Part shown: positions 28,614 through 38,504 of the stretch, one piece after another
Numbering within the stretch: position 1 is the stretch's first letter
Layout: every line of letters starts with the position of its first letter
IMG/VR virus record: IMGVR_UViG_3300045988_173593
Location: 1 to 64,000 of that record
Strand: one strand, 5' to 3'
DNA length: 64,000 bases
From: a virus
Notes under the pieces: model-generated
Database searches by the model: none
What the model saw: the letters and a program-made list of their open reading frames with translations, nothing else
What the model was told of the DNA's origin: nothing
Position numbers and translations under genes: made by a program

Positions 28614-29044
28614 GCGAAAACCTGAAGATAGAAAAGCAACTTCTGTGAATACCATTCTTCTTCCGTTGCCGTGCTCAAACGAATGCGTTTCACTTCAACT
28701 TTCAGTTGCGGCATTCCGGAAATCTCGACTCTTGATTTTTCACCTGCAATGTCAAACTCTTCCTCAATCGCATTTGCGATCTGCCCTACCGTCATGGTTC
28801 CGGTATTCAGCGGGACAAAAATATCGTATTGAATCAGTGGACTTGTCGGAATCCATACGCGCCTGTTTGTGAGAAGCTGTTCTTCCCCTCCCAGCCATGT
28901 TTCCCGAATCCACAATTTTTTCCCTTTGGGATCGAAGTTCTTGTTTTCAAACTGAAAATCTTTATCCGTTGCAATATCTTTCTCAATGATACGGACTCGC
29001 ATTGCGTTTCTTATGACTTCATCCAGAATAGCCATATTATTCAC
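28607..29044 (-). CDS. tail completion / terminator-type protein (by position)
   Basis: ORF in the neck module. Confidence 0.45.
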   Translation of the reverse strand: MNNMAILDEVIRNAMRVRIIEKDIATDKDFQFENKNFDPKGKKLWIRETWLGGEEQLLTNRRVWIPTSPLIQYDIFVPLNTGTMTVGQIANAIEEEFDIAGEKSRVEISGMPQLKVEVKRIRLSTATEEEWYSQKLLFYLQVFAN

Positions 29045-29453
29045 CTGCCTCTCTGACTGCTTCGCTTACAAGTTTATTGATCTGATTTTGAACCCCGGAA
29101 ACGGTGATTTCCACAAAACGCGCCGGAGCCTGTCTGCTCCATCCCTCATTCAGTCTTTTGGCATAAGGAGCCGAATTGCAGATAAACAATGAATCTTTCA
29201 AATCGAAATTGGAGAAAACGGTAATCGGTCTGTTCAGGTCTATTCCCTTGTTTTCATGCAGTTCATACCGTGTCGTGACTCCGTTGACCTGACACCACCA
29301 GTTCCAGCGGAAATTCCCGGTATCGACCGGCGATACGATCATAAGCTGACGATACAGTTCAATCGTTGCCATTTTCATAAAGGATTTGATGCGCCGTTCA
29401 TTGCGTTCCTGGAATCTCCGCATGGCATTGCTGTCATTGATGTTGAATTTCAT
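29037..29453 (-). CDS. HK97 gp10-family head-tail protein
   Basis: SPVDTGNFRWNW motif. Confidence 0.55.
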   Translation of the reverse strand: MKFNINDSNAMRRFQERNERRIKSFMKMATIELYRQLMIVSPVDTGNFRWNWWCQVNGVTTRYELHENKGIDLNRPITVFSNFDLKDSLFICNSAPYAKRLNEGWSRQAPARFVEITVSGVQNQINKLVSEAVREAGE

Positions 29454-29456
29454 AGA

Positions 29457-29915
29457 TTAAGCCCTCAGCGTAAAATAATAATCTGCCGGCTGATTCTGCA
29501 TCCATTGTTCGCCGCGAATTGCGCCGATGCGGTAAGTTGTGCTGGAAAAAGTGATAGTGTCAATCCCTGCAACAATTCCTCCGGTGACAGGGTTAAACGG
29601 GCGCATGTCTTCAAGCGTCTTTTTTACCTGGTTTACAATAATTTCCGGGTCATCGCCGTGACTTGCCCGTGATGCCGCAATGACATCATAGGGTATCCGC
29701 ATGATTTGATCTCCGGCAAGATAATTTTTCCCGTCAATAAGGCGCACATTCACCGGTTCCGGAGGGTAACAGATGATATTGCGCTTGATTTCCGTGTTGA
29801 TGTCAAGTCCTGTCGCATAATCATAATCATTGATTATATAAGTCAGGATTGCCTCATTTTTAAAAATCTTAGCCTTGACCAGCTTACTGCTTATCTTTTG
29901 AAACGGTGTAGCCAT
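29457..29915 (-). CDS. head-tail joining protein (by position)
   Basis: ORF. Motif 25 nt upstream. Confidence 0.45.
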   Translation of the reverse strand: MATPFQKISSKLVKAKIFKNEAILTYIINDYDYATGLDINTEIKRNIICYPPEPVNVRLIDGKNYLAGDQIMRIPYDVIAASRASHGDDPEIIVNQVKKTLEDMRPFNPVTGGIVAGIDTITFSSTTYRIGAIRGEQWMQNQPADYYFTLRA

Positions 29916-29939
29916 AAAAAGTAATCCTTTTTACAGTAA

Positions 29940-29954
29940 CCCGGATTGTCAATT
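29940..29954 (-). promoter_or_regulatory. CCGGATTGTCAAT motif copy
   Basis: 25 nt upstream of the ATG at 29915. Confidence 0.55.
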
Positions 29955-29990
29955 AAATCAGAGGAGATATATTATCCTAAGGAGGTTGCA

Positions 29991-30251
29991 ATGCGTTTTA
30001 AAAAAAATCATATCATAATAACAGCCGTAACAGTATTTATTATTTTTGCGATAATTGCATTAATCTGTTACCGTCATGCGCACCGCAACGATCACAAATA
30101 CTGGATTAATCACCGATCAGGCGTGATACATAATTACAGATGCAGACACTTTGACGGCAAGCCTGACAATCAGCTTACCGATCATTTGCCCGATGCCGGA
30201 GATACCTTTTATCGCGATTGCCGCATTTGCGGCGGGCGCAGCCCCAAATAA
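29991..30251 (+). CDS. small membrane protein with a C-terminal CRICGG
   Basis: RBS TAAGGAGG. Confidence 0.4.
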   Translation: MRFKKNHIIITAVTVFIIFAIIALICYRHAHRNDHKYWINHRSGVIHNYRCRHFDGKPDNQLTDHLPDAGDTFYRDCRICGGRSPK

Positions 30252-30315
30252 TATTTTTTTAGCCTTAAAAATAAAAAAAAATATGAAAAAATACGTATTT
30301 TTATTGGATTAACCC

Positions 30316-30343
30316 TTGACAAATGCGAAAAATAGCGTATAAT
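30316..30343 (+). promoter_or_regulatory. sigma70 promoter TTGACA-16-TATAAT
   Basis: Read directly. Confidence 0.6.
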
Positions 30344-30413
30344 ATATAATATAACAGGGGCGATAACGACAACAGCCCTAAACAAAAAACTAAAACGCCA
30401 TAGGAGGCAAAAA

Positions 30414-30668
30414 ATGAAAAACGAAATGAACACAACAGTCTTGGTCATCACAGACACCGTTTACCACGCAGAAGCGCCCGAATATCTTTTCCGCGGCATA
30501 CTCCCACAGGTTGTATGTGATGACCGTCTTATCCTCGGCTGGGGCGAATGCTATGACGGACACCGCAAGGTCTACCGTTACGCGGAAGCCGGATATGATT
30601 TTGTAATTCCGAACGGATATGAATCTGTTGAGGAATACGCAAAGTCTTTGAATGCGCTTTTAGTTTGA
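30414..30668 (+). CDS. hypothetical protein
   Basis: RBS TAGGAGG. Confidence 0.45.
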   Translation: MKNEMNTTVLVITDTVYHAEAPEYLFRGILPQVVCDDRLILGWGECYDGHRKVYRYAEAGYDFVIPNGYESVEEYAKSLNALLV

Positions 30669-30777
30669 CAAAAAAATCCCCGTGCAGGTAACGACTCCGG
30701 CACGGGGAAACTAAAACGCCTCGCAAGAGGCATGGAAAATATAACAGACACCCATAAAAAATCAAGGAGAGACAGAG

Positions 30778-31047
30778 ATGAAATTAAAAGTTTGCAGAGG
30801 ATCGAGGCTGAAAATGTGGCATCTGATGAACAAAGGGACTGACCGAATTGCCCCGAATGCGGAATTTCTCTGCCCGGTAGTTGGCGTGATTGAAAATAAT
30901 GTTGAGTCTACATGGAGCCTTGTAAGGTTCGACGGGATACGCTATGCTGTCATAAGCGGGGCGGTGATCAAGCCGGTGGAGCAACATGAAGCTGAACGGG
31001 TATATCAGGAAACGCTGAACGATAAGGATCTGGAAAATGCCTATTGA
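30778..31047 (+). CDS. hypothetical protein
   Basis: RBS AAGGAGAGA. Confidence 0.4.
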   Translation: MKLKVCRGSRLKMWHLMNKGTDRIAPNAEFLCPVVGVIENNVESTWSLVRFDGIRYAVISGAVIKPVEQHEAERVYQETLNDKDLENAY

Positions 31048-31423
31048 TGTGACAAAAGACGAATACATTGCAATCGCGGCCAAGCTGACGATTGAGAATA
31101 AAGAAAATGTCCTCAAGACGATCCCGAAGCCGGAAATTGAGATCAAAGATTATTTCCTTGCATCCGGACTGAAAAAAGATGCTTGGTGCAAAGCCCTTGA
31201 TATCAGTATCAGCACCTGGGACAAATATGTTTGCGGAGACCTCCCGGTCAAACCCGCGCGATTGGCGGAGGCGCGCCGGATTGCACTCGGAGTCCGCGCG
31301 ATCACCGAGGGCTGGATGCAGATCGAGCACGAGGCCGATTACCGGCGCATCTACCGCATATTCCACCCGCACCCGGAGCAGGAGTTGAAAGAGCTGGTCG
31401 ACTATCTGAAACAGGAAAAATGA
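31037..31423 (+). CDS. hypothetical protein
   Basis: ORF. Confidence 0.45.
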   Translation: MPIDVTKDEYIAIAAKLTIENKENVLKTIPKPEIEIKDYFLASGLKKDAWCKALDISISTWDKYVCGDLPVKPARLAEARRIALGVRAITEGWMQIEHEADYRRIYRIFHPHPEQELKELVDYLKQEK

Positions 31424-31574
31424 AGTGTCCCTACCGTGTAAAAATATATACGCGTATCTGTCCTGCCTGCGGAAAAGAGTTTAGGCAGACGGGCATAGAT
31501 TCCATACTTCGGGGCAATCAACCTGCTCAGCGCAATGCCATAAAGCCTTACGTAGCGCCATAGCATCAAAGAGG

Positions 31575-31883
31575 ATGCCAGACACGATATCAAGACCGGA
31601 CATAATAACCAAACGCCGGGATGCTGTCCGCACGAGCCCGAAAAGCGGCGCATACGAGACCAACACTAAGGCTAAGGAGTGGCGGCTCTGCTCTCCTGCT
31701 GGCGATACCTACATTTTCCGCAATCTTGCCAAATTCCTACGGGATCATCCTGATCTCTTTACCGAGGCTGAATTAGCTTCCAATAAAACTGGCATTACCC
31801 TTGCGCAAAGCGGGTTGAGACGTTTGCGCCCTGAATCAAAAGACCTCCGCGCCTCATGGCACGGCTGGACGTGGCTTTCCTGA
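31575..31883 (+). CDS. hypothetical protein
   Basis: ORF. Confidence 0.4.
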   Translation: MPDTISRPDIITKRRDAVRTSPKSGAYETNTKAKEWRLCSPAGDTYIFRNLAKFLRDHPDLFTEAELASNKTGITLAQSGLRRLRPESKDLRASWHGWTWLS

Positions 31884-31937
31884 TAAAAAAACACCCCGGA
31901 AAGTTGAGCATCGTTGAGAGGCCTCCGGGGTTCGCTG

Positions 31938-32444
31938 TTATTCCGCTTTGGCGGAGGTCGTTTCCGACTGGCTGTTTTTTGCGGACTGGTCGGACTGTTC
32001 CGTTTTGTCCGCCGTCTGTTTCTGATTCGCGCGATATTTCCAGTAGTATTTCAGGCTCTCGACATACAGCTTTGCCATTTCCGGGTCCTTTTCCGCGAGG
32101 TCTACCAGGTAGCCGGTAATTTGCGGCCCGACATCGCGCCGGATGCGTTTCACACCTTTGATGCTGCCGTTCTGCGTATCCACGGACACCCCGTTGTCAG
32201 CGTCGATTTCCAAATCCCAGCTGCTGTTTTCGCGGCTGACATCCACCACGTTCAGGCCATCTGTATAGCTTAGATTCGCCGTTGCGTTCTGCGGGTCAAG
32301 CCCCGCGTTTACCCTTGTTCCGATTGTAAACGCGCCGGTGTTATGGCTGCATCCCGTCAGCAGGAGCCCGATCAGCAGCAACCCTACGAGATACAGCAGG
32401 GCAAGCGTCGTGTGAGGCAATGCGTTGATGAGTTTGTCATTCAT
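31938..32444 (-). CDS. lipoprotein (signal peptide plus LLTGC lipobox)
   Basis: N-terminal hydrophobic segment ending LTGCS. Confidence 0.6.
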   Translation of the reverse strand: MNDKLINALPHTTLALLYLVGLLLIGLLLTGCSHNTGAFTIGTRVNAGLDPQNATANLSYTDGLNVVDVSRENSSWDLEIDADNGVSVDTQNGSIKGVKRIRRDVGPQITGYLVDLAEKDPEMAKLYVESLKYYWKYRANQKQTADKTEQSDQSAKNSQSETTSAKAE

Positions 32445-32555
32445 AATTTCAATCCTTTTCTTGATTCTTGATTTTCGCGTTTTATATTATTATTCATCCT
32501 GATTGACCGGTTTTCCTTATATCTCCCCCCCCATAGGCTGCTGGTCAATCAGGAC

Positions 32556-33026
32556 TTATCTTATATATCTTCCCGTTGCTATTCCAAGTTCTGTTCCGCC
32601 GATGGCTTCCGGCAAAACCTCACCTCCCATCTGCCCGATCAGAACACGAACCGAAGCAGTAAGAATATCGCCCTGAAAATCTTTTGAAAAAACAACTCCG
32701 TTTGCAGACTGGATTCCCATTGTAAGCAGGGAATTGGGTTCAATGATTGACTCGTCAAGTGACAATAAATAAATCGCTTCCTTTGCCGTTGCTTCTTTCA
32801 AAAGATCTGGCATTTCATTCTCAGACGGGTCAAAGACAAATACCTCTCCCTCGTCATCATAGAAAATAACATAACGTTGAATCAGATTGGTTGCTGTCTT
32901 CAATGCTGCCTCTTTCTGTTCCTGCGTCGCTCCTGTCCAGTTTGTGTTCCACAGAAAAGACGCAAAGAAAGCGTCTGCCCATTCGACAGAACAAAACATT
33001 GGAAGGTTAGGCAAAGTCTCAGGCAT
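32556..33026 (-). CDS. head-tail connector-type protein (by position)
   Basis: ORF. Start chosen at the internal Met to avoid overlap. Confidence 0.45.
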   Translation of the reverse strand: MPETLPNLPMFCSVEWADAFFASFLWNTNWTGATQEQKEAALKTATNLIQRYVIFYDDEGEVFVFDPSENEMPDLLKEATAKEAIYLLSLDESIIEPNSLLTMGIQSANGVVFSKDFQGDILTASVRVLIGQMGGEVLPEAIGGTELGIATGRYIR

Positions 33027-33429
33027 TGTTCGGTTCTCCGCTGAAAGACTGTTCCAGTTTTGTATATTCACCAGCACCAAACTTTTTGATATAAAGTTCT
33101 TTTGTAGCGTCAAACTTCAAAGTTGCGCAATCAACTTTTGTGTTTGCAAGACGGGTTTTCATCGCAAGCAGGATACGTTTTTTCTGCTCTTTTTCGTCAA
33201 GATTGCTTTTCATTTGCTCCGGCGGAGGCTGAAACTTTGAAGTATCCTTTTTTTCCTTTGTTTCTTTTTCAGGAGCAGTATTGACATTTTCGCCTTTGAT
33301 AGCGGAAACAACCTGAGCATCATTCCATTGCACCGGAAAAGAGCCGATACAGGTATCTCCTTTTTCATCCATCCAGATAGCTTTACAATCATGTGCCATA
33401 CGCATGATTCTGACAATCTTCTTTCCCAT
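33019..33429 (-). CDS. hypothetical head protein
   Basis: ORF downstream of the capsid gene. Confidence 0.45.
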   Translation of the reverse strand: MGKKIVRIMRMAHDCKAIWMDEKGDTCIGSFPVQWNDAQVVSAIKGENVNTAPEKETKEKKDTSKFQPPPEQMKSNLDEKEQKKRILLAMKTRLANTKVDCATLKFDATKELYIKKFGAGEYTKLEQSFSGEPNNA

Positions 33430-33464
33430 GTTTCATCTTCCCTTTAATTATTGATATGAATAGA

Positions 33465-33502
33465 AAAAGCGGGCTTTGATATCATCTCAGCCCATCTTTT
33501 TT
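33465..33502. terminator. bidirectional intrinsic terminator after the capsid gene
   Basis: GGGCT...AGCCC hairpin flanked by an A-run and a T-run. Confidence 0.55.
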
Positions 33503-33513
33503 ATCGCAGATTA

Positions 33514-34713
33514 TCAGCCAGCAACTTCCTTTGTATTTACAGGATCGCTGGTCGTGTTCGTAATTTTGACATTACGCGTCTTTGCCCGTTTGGCCGCCAG
33601 AGCTTCCATGCTTCCCATCAATCCGTAAATCTTGGAAATACGCTGAAGCGAATTTTTGAACTCAAACGTATATTCTCCAATGATTTTTCTGCGGATAGAG
33701 TCGCAGGTTGCGGTGGTTGCATCGGAATCAGCTATAGACCGACCGCCGAGCGGAGTCAAACCGAGACCGGTGGGGTCAAGGACAAACGCGATATTATCCG
33801 GCATCATCGGCTCAGAAAAGATCGTCTGCTGCGCTCCGGTGATATCGTTGGTGACACGGGCGACATAACTGCCGCGAGCGTTATTGTCCTGATTGATAAT
33901 TACCTGGTCAACCATATCAGCGGAAAGAACTCGCGCCTGTCCGGGAGAGCACAGGATGATAGAGGGCTGCGCACCCTCATCGGTAATCTGCTGCGCTCCG
34001 TCATTGACAAGGAAACTGTCAAACATATTTCCATTGGCATTGATTGAAAGACCGCCAGCCTGACTACCGAAGTGAAACAGACCACCAGCCATTCCGGTGG
34101 TAGATGCAGTATGCGCTCTCGGAATTCCGAAGATTGCCGCGTTGTTCATATCACGTGCCAGCTTCTGCATCTCAATGTTGGTCTGATAGTTGATTCTGTT
34201 TTCCAGTCCGTAAACCTTGACTTCCTGAGAAGTTCCGGTGATTTCAATATCTCCCCGGAAAATCTGAGTATAGTTCTGTGCCGTGCCCGACTGATGGAAA
34301 GACTTCTTACCGTCACAGGACCCCTCTTCTCTCGGAGTGTATGCAATATACATCACGTCCGAAGCTGCCGGCATAGACTTTGCTGAACCGTTCGCCGCGA
34401 CAAGTGTCAGAGTTATATTTGTGCCGGAAACGGCGGACACCTCAAACAGTGCCGGGTCATCTTTCACGCGAAGAATAGAACCCTCAGCAATTTTCGCAGC
34501 ATCCGCAGCGGAAACAGTAGCGGTGGAACTGCTGATTGAGGAGATTGTCACCGTCATCGGTGCAATCTGATCTTCCAACCATTCATGGGTTGTACTGGTT
34601 GCAGGAGCGGTGGTCGTGAACAGTGAAATAAATCTCGGCTGACCCTTGATAATTGTGCTGAGCACATCCGAAAGATCACGCTTCACATTTGCGAGTTCAT
34701 AAGAAGTTGTCAT
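33514..34713 (-). CDS. major capsid protein
   Basis: 399 aa. Position after the scaffold gene. Strong terminator downstream. Confidence 0.75.
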   Translation of the reverse strand: MTTSYELANVKRDLSDVLSTIIKGQPRFISLFTTTAPATSTTHEWLEDQIAPMTVTISSISSSTATVSAADAAKIAEGSILRVKDDPALFEVSAVSGTNITLTLVAANGSAKSMPAASDVMYIAYTPREEGSCDGKKSFHQSGTAQNYTQIFRGDIEITGTSQEVKVYGLENRINYQTNIEMQKLARDMNNAAIFGIPRAHTASTTGMAGGLFHFGSQAGGLSINANGNMFDSFLVNDGAQQITDEGAQPSIILCSPGQARVLSADMVDQVIINQDNNARGSYVARVTNDITGAQQTIFSEPMMPDNIAFVLDPTGLGLTPLGGRSIADSDATTATCDSIRRKIIGEYTFEFKNSLQRISKIYGLMGSMEALAAKRAKTRNVKITNTTSDPVNTKEVAG

Positions 34714-34732
34714 TTTTCAAACCTTTCTTTTT

Positions 34733-35473
34733 TCAGTTTTGCTTTAACGGTAAATTGTTCAGCATAGCGAGGGAATCACCATTTGCTTTTGCCTCGTCAT
34801 ATGCTTTCTGTTTTGCCGCATCTGCGGAAACAGAATTTATGTTTCCGGGGTTTGATTTTCCCGGTGTTGAATTGACGGTGAAGTTGTAAAGGTCGGCTCT
34901 TGCCTGAATCCACTCCTTGACAGCCTTTCCCTTGTAAGGCGCAATATCGCCGACATCGTCAAGATCGAAATTGTCTTCAAAATCTTCCAGCATGGAATTG
35001 ATTTTATTTCGGTCATATTTTGCATCAAGAGATTCTACAATCTCTTTCAGCTTGCCTTTGACTTTGCTTGCCTTTTCCAGCTTGATCAGCTCATCCAGTC
35101 GCGTTTTCTGGCTTTCAAACTGCGTCTTGAAGGAATCACGTTCCTTTTCCGCAGTCCTCAGACGCTTCTTGTAGTCCAGAAGTTCTTCGTTTGCCTTTCC
35201 GCCGCCGTCTTTGAGAGTGTCGTATTCATCAATTTTTTCGCGCAACTCTTCCGGAGTGCCGAAATCCTCAAATGCCTTGAGTTTTTCTCTTGTGGCTTTG
35301 TGGTCTTTACGCTCCTTCTCAAGCGCGCCGTTGAGCCGCCTTACATCATCATCTGTTTTTGAGGACGGCATATCCTCAACGTCCAGATAATACGCGCCAT
35401 CGCGTTCCGTGTAAAACTCTCTCTGCGCTTCCGCTACTTCCTCGATGTTTCCGACTTTGAATTTCAATCCCAT
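34733..35473 (-). CDS. scaffolding protein
   Basis: Charged coiled-coil. Position. Confidence 0.65.
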   Translation of the reverse strand: MGLKFKVGNIEEVAEAQREFYTERDGAYYLDVEDMPSSKTDDDVRRLNGALEKERKDHKATREKLKAFEDFGTPEELREKIDEYDTLKDGGGKANEELLDYKKRLRTAEKERDSFKTQFESQKTRLDELIKLEKASKVKGKLKEIVESLDAKYDRNKINSMLEDFEDNFDLDDVGDIAPYKGKAVKEWIQARADLYNFTVNSTPGKSNPGNINSVSADAAKQKAYDEAKANGDSLAMLNNLPLKQN

Positions 35474-35526
35474 GATTGACTTCTCCTGTTATTTTTCTTG
35501 CAGGCTTCATGCCTGTTTTCATATAC

Positions 35527-35543
35527 CCCGGATTGTCAATTTG
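35527..35543 (-). promoter_or_regulatory. CCGGATTGTCAAT motif copy (TTGACAATCCGGGGTATATGAAAAC)
   Basis: Upstream of the scaffold gene. Confidence 0.55.
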
Positions 35544-35553
35544 AGACTTTTCA

Positions 35554-36768
35554 TTACAGCAGACCAGCCTTTTTAAAAGCGTCAATGTCACGCCTTTTCA
35601 GTTCGGCAATTGTAAAAAATCCGCCGGCATTAGGCTTGAGCATCTCATTCAGACTTAGATTTCCTTTGCTGTAAAGTTTATATTTTACAGGTCCCAGCCA
35701 GTCGCGCTTGAACTTGCTGTCCCTGCTTTCAAAATAATCGGTGAACTTCATTGATCCCGGAACCTGTTCAAACGCCGGCTTTCCGGTTCTTGCTTCGTAT
35801 TCACTGATTGCTTCATAATAATATTTGTGCTTCGTCGACTCGGACAGGCTGTCCCATGATCTGCCGGTATTTTTCTCCTCATAGGCGCGTTTCGCATCGC
35901 CCATGAAATCGGAATTTGCGGCAGGGCGTTTTACGCTTGCGGAATCAGAGAGCTCCGTAACGGGCAGATAGACGCAACGACAACGCGGATGAACTGGCAA
36001 CGCGGGAATATCCTTTGCATTTACCGGAAATCTCTTTCCGCCGATCTCGGCACATCTCGGGCATACACGACCGTCAAGCGTGTTCAGTATTTCAATTTCC
36101 TTCACCACGTCTGAATTTTCGCTGTAAAGCGCAAGTTTCGCGTCGTTCGCAATCCCGTTCGCGCACGTCAGACCCATTGCATAAGCCTGGTCATTGGAAA
36201 TATCAAACGCCTTCTGGACACTTTTTTTCAGACTGCCCGGCGTCGCTCCGGTCTTGATCGCCTGTGAAACCGCCTTGAAAATCCTGTCGGCGTCGGATAC
36301 CGCCATGGAATTGAACATCTCGGCCAGATTCAAACCATTGTAACGCCCGTATTTCACAATGTTGTTCAGGGTTCTTCTGCCAACCTGAGAAACAGTATGA
36401 CCGCTTACAGCCCGTGTAAAACTGCCAGTCCATTTAGCTTCATTCTCGGCAAGGGAAACAGAATTATCCCTGATTCCCTCCATTGCTTGACCATACGCCT
36501 GATTCAGAAGTGTTTCTATTCTTGATTTGATTAAATCAAATTTCTTGTTTGTTCCAGCATCAATTCCGATTGCCCCGAAATGTTTCTGCGTATTGAGGAA
36601 ATATTCCAGAAGCTCTTTCTGTGCCTCTTTCAACTGCCGCAGAATGTCGCCAGACCAGGTCGCGCCGATCATCTGCAAATGCGCGATATGATCATTAATC
36701 AATTCTGAAAGCTCTGATGCAATTTTTTTTTGCATTGACAGTTTTCCTTTTATGAGGAGGTTATTCAT
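35554..36768 (-). CDS. head morphogenesis protein, SPP1 gp7 / Mu F-like
   Basis: LDGRVCPRCAEIGG...HPRCRC signature. Confidence 0.8.
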   Translation of the reverse strand: MNNLLIKGKLSMQKKIASELSELINDHIAHLQMIGATWSGDILRQLKEAQKELLEYFLNTQKHFGAIGIDAGTNKKFDLIKSRIETLLNQAYGQAMEGIRDNSVSLAENEAKWTGSFTRAVSGHTVSQVGRRTLNNIVKYGRYNGLNLAEMFNSMAVSDADRIFKAVSQAIKTGATPGSLKKSVQKAFDISNDQAYAMGLTCANGIANDAKLALYSENSDVVKEIEILNTLDGRVCPRCAEIGGKRFPVNAKDIPALPVHPRCRCVYLPVTELSDSASVKRPAANSDFMGDAKRAYEEKNTGRSWDSLSESTKHKYYYEAISEYEARTGKPAFEQVPGSMKFTDYFESRDSKFKRDWLGPVKYKLYSKGNLSLNEMLKPNAGGFFTIAELKRRDIDAFKKAGLL

Positions 36769-36959
36769 GAATACGGAGAATGAAGAAAAAACAGCGGCTT
36801 ATAACATGCGGGAAATCACGAACAACGTAATCGGCGACTTCCTGTATGATCAGGCGTCCGGAAATGCCGGAACACTTTCGCTCATCGCTTCTCTTTTGTA
36901 TCTCAATCATGTTGAACTTGTTCATATTCATGGAAAAATAGAAAATCTTGAAAAGAAAC

Positions 36960-38459
36960 TTATTCTTCTTCAGAATCATTGTTCTGCTCTTTTTTCGCAA
37001 AAGGATTCCCGTTCCCCTGAATAACCGGACTGTTCTGCATGGATTCCTCTCTTGCCTTTTCTTTTTCTTCCAGGAATTCCTCAATTGTCTTTTTTGGGTC
37101 GCCATAACCGTTTTCAAGCCAGATATTTCTCTTTTCTTCGGTTGTCAGGCTGTCGGTTCCATCTACCGCAACAAGCTCCTGAACAGACAGATTTGCCTCG
37201 GCAAAATCTTTACTCGGCGTGTAACGTGTTCCCAGAATCTCTTCTTCATCCACTCCAATCCACATTGCCGCATAACGCAATTGTTCTGTAATCGCATCCC
37301 CTGCGACAGAGTTGATGATCTGCAACGGCGAAGTATTGGAATCCTGAATCAGCTGAATCGCGACTCCTGACTGATTGCTTTTATTGTCGGAAAGACTCAA
37401 GGCATCGGACGAACAGAGCTCTTTCAGCTTTTCCACTTCCTGTGAAAGAATGGAAAGCGATTGTGCAGGAACTTCAAGGTATTGCGGCTGTGCCCCCTCT
37501 GGAAGCGCATTGAGCGCACCTGAGTTTACATACAACTCTTTCAGCAATGAAGTGATCTTATTATCATCTCCTTTTAGTCCAGTGATAAACAAGGGACTTT
37601 GCCCTGTCATGTAAAGAACCTGCCTGTAATCAGCATAAAGTTGATAAAGTGAAATTTCAGAATCTGCAATATTCAGAATTGGCGGTTCATCAATTGACGT
37701 TCCGGAAAGACTGGACACGCCGCACCAGGTAAACGGAATCCGATTCATCCTTTTTCCGTGATAATCCGGATACACAATGTTCCCTGAATTCGGTTCCAAT
37801 AGATCAAAATCAGGCCATGCGCCAAATTCAATTCCCGCCTGATAATATTCATTGTTCCGGTCGAGTCCGAGAACCCTCAGCTGCTTTTTTTCAACATCCT
37901 GCTTTGTCGCGGTGTCATATTCATATCCGGATTCGTCCAGAAGCACAAAACGGGCAAAAGACCTGCCATTCTCAGTATCAAATTTTGTCCGGATGAAATC
38001 TCTCGCACGGTAAGTCTGAATCACGAACGGCGCATCGTCTCTTCCGGTGGATTCCAGCAGACAGCAAATTAATCCATGTGACAGTTGCGCTTCATTCAGT
38101 CTGCGCTGTAGGGATTTCAGTCCGTCTCCGTATTGCGTTGCTCTGTCTTTCAGAAAATCAAGCTTTCCATTTTCCGGTAGGGATATGTCCGGCTCGCCCA
38201 TGTTGAGCATTCCCACATAACGGTTAAGCGCTTTCCGGGTGTAGTCGAAAAAGAGAGCCCGGAAAAGATACGCTTTGTAATCATCGTTGTTTTTCAGTTG
38301 CCACTTATCGGCAGGAAGATACTTAACAGTTTTTTCTTTGATCTTTTTTTGACCGCCAAGACAATCTTCCACTCGTTCACGGCAGGCTGCCAGTTTGTCA
38401 TATCCGTAATAGGCGAACTCCGCCGCCGTTGCAACTTCAGTTTTTCTTCCCGTTCCCAT
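36960..38459 (-). CDS. portal protein
   Basis: 499 aa between TerL and the gp7-like gene. Acidic C-terminus. Confidence 0.75.
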   Translation of the reverse strand: MGTGRKTEVATAAEFAYYGYDKLAACRERVEDCLGGQKKIKEKTVKYLPADKWQLKNNDDYKAYLFRALFFDYTRKALNRYVGMLNMGEPDISLPENGKLDFLKDRATQYGDGLKSLQRRLNEAQLSHGLICCLLESTGRDDAPFVIQTYRARDFIRTKFDTENGRSFARFVLLDESGYEYDTATKQDVEKKQLRVLGLDRNNEYYQAGIEFGAWPDFDLLEPNSGNIVYPDYHGKRMNRIPFTWCGVSSLSGTSIDEPPILNIADSEISLYQLYADYRQVLYMTGQSPLFITGLKGDDNKITSLLKELYVNSGALNALPEGAQPQYLEVPAQSLSILSQEVEKLKELCSSDALSLSDNKSNQSGVAIQLIQDSNTSPLQIINSVAGDAITEQLRYAAMWIGVDEEEILGTRYTPSKDFAEANLSVQELVAVDGTDSLTTEEKRNIWLENGYGDPKKTIEEFLEEKEKAREESMQNSPVIQGNGNPFAKKEQNNDSEEE

Positions 38460-38483
38460 TCATCTGCTCCTGGTTTTTACTAA

Positions 38484-38497
38484 CCCGGATTGTCAAT
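38484..38497 (-). promoter_or_regulatory. CCGGATTGTCAAT motif copy
   Basis: Between the TerL stop and the portal start. Confidence 0.55.
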
Positions 38498-38504
38498 CTT
38501 GCAG

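Noticed and set aside
36761-37117. Minus ORF overlapping the portal 3' end, and the + ORF 36752..37024 with apparent RBS GAGGAGG
   Set aside because: The minus ORF is K/R-rich junk. The + ORF's RBS is just the reverse complement of the Leu-Leu codons at the start of the gp7-like gene. Retained only as a low-probability possibility
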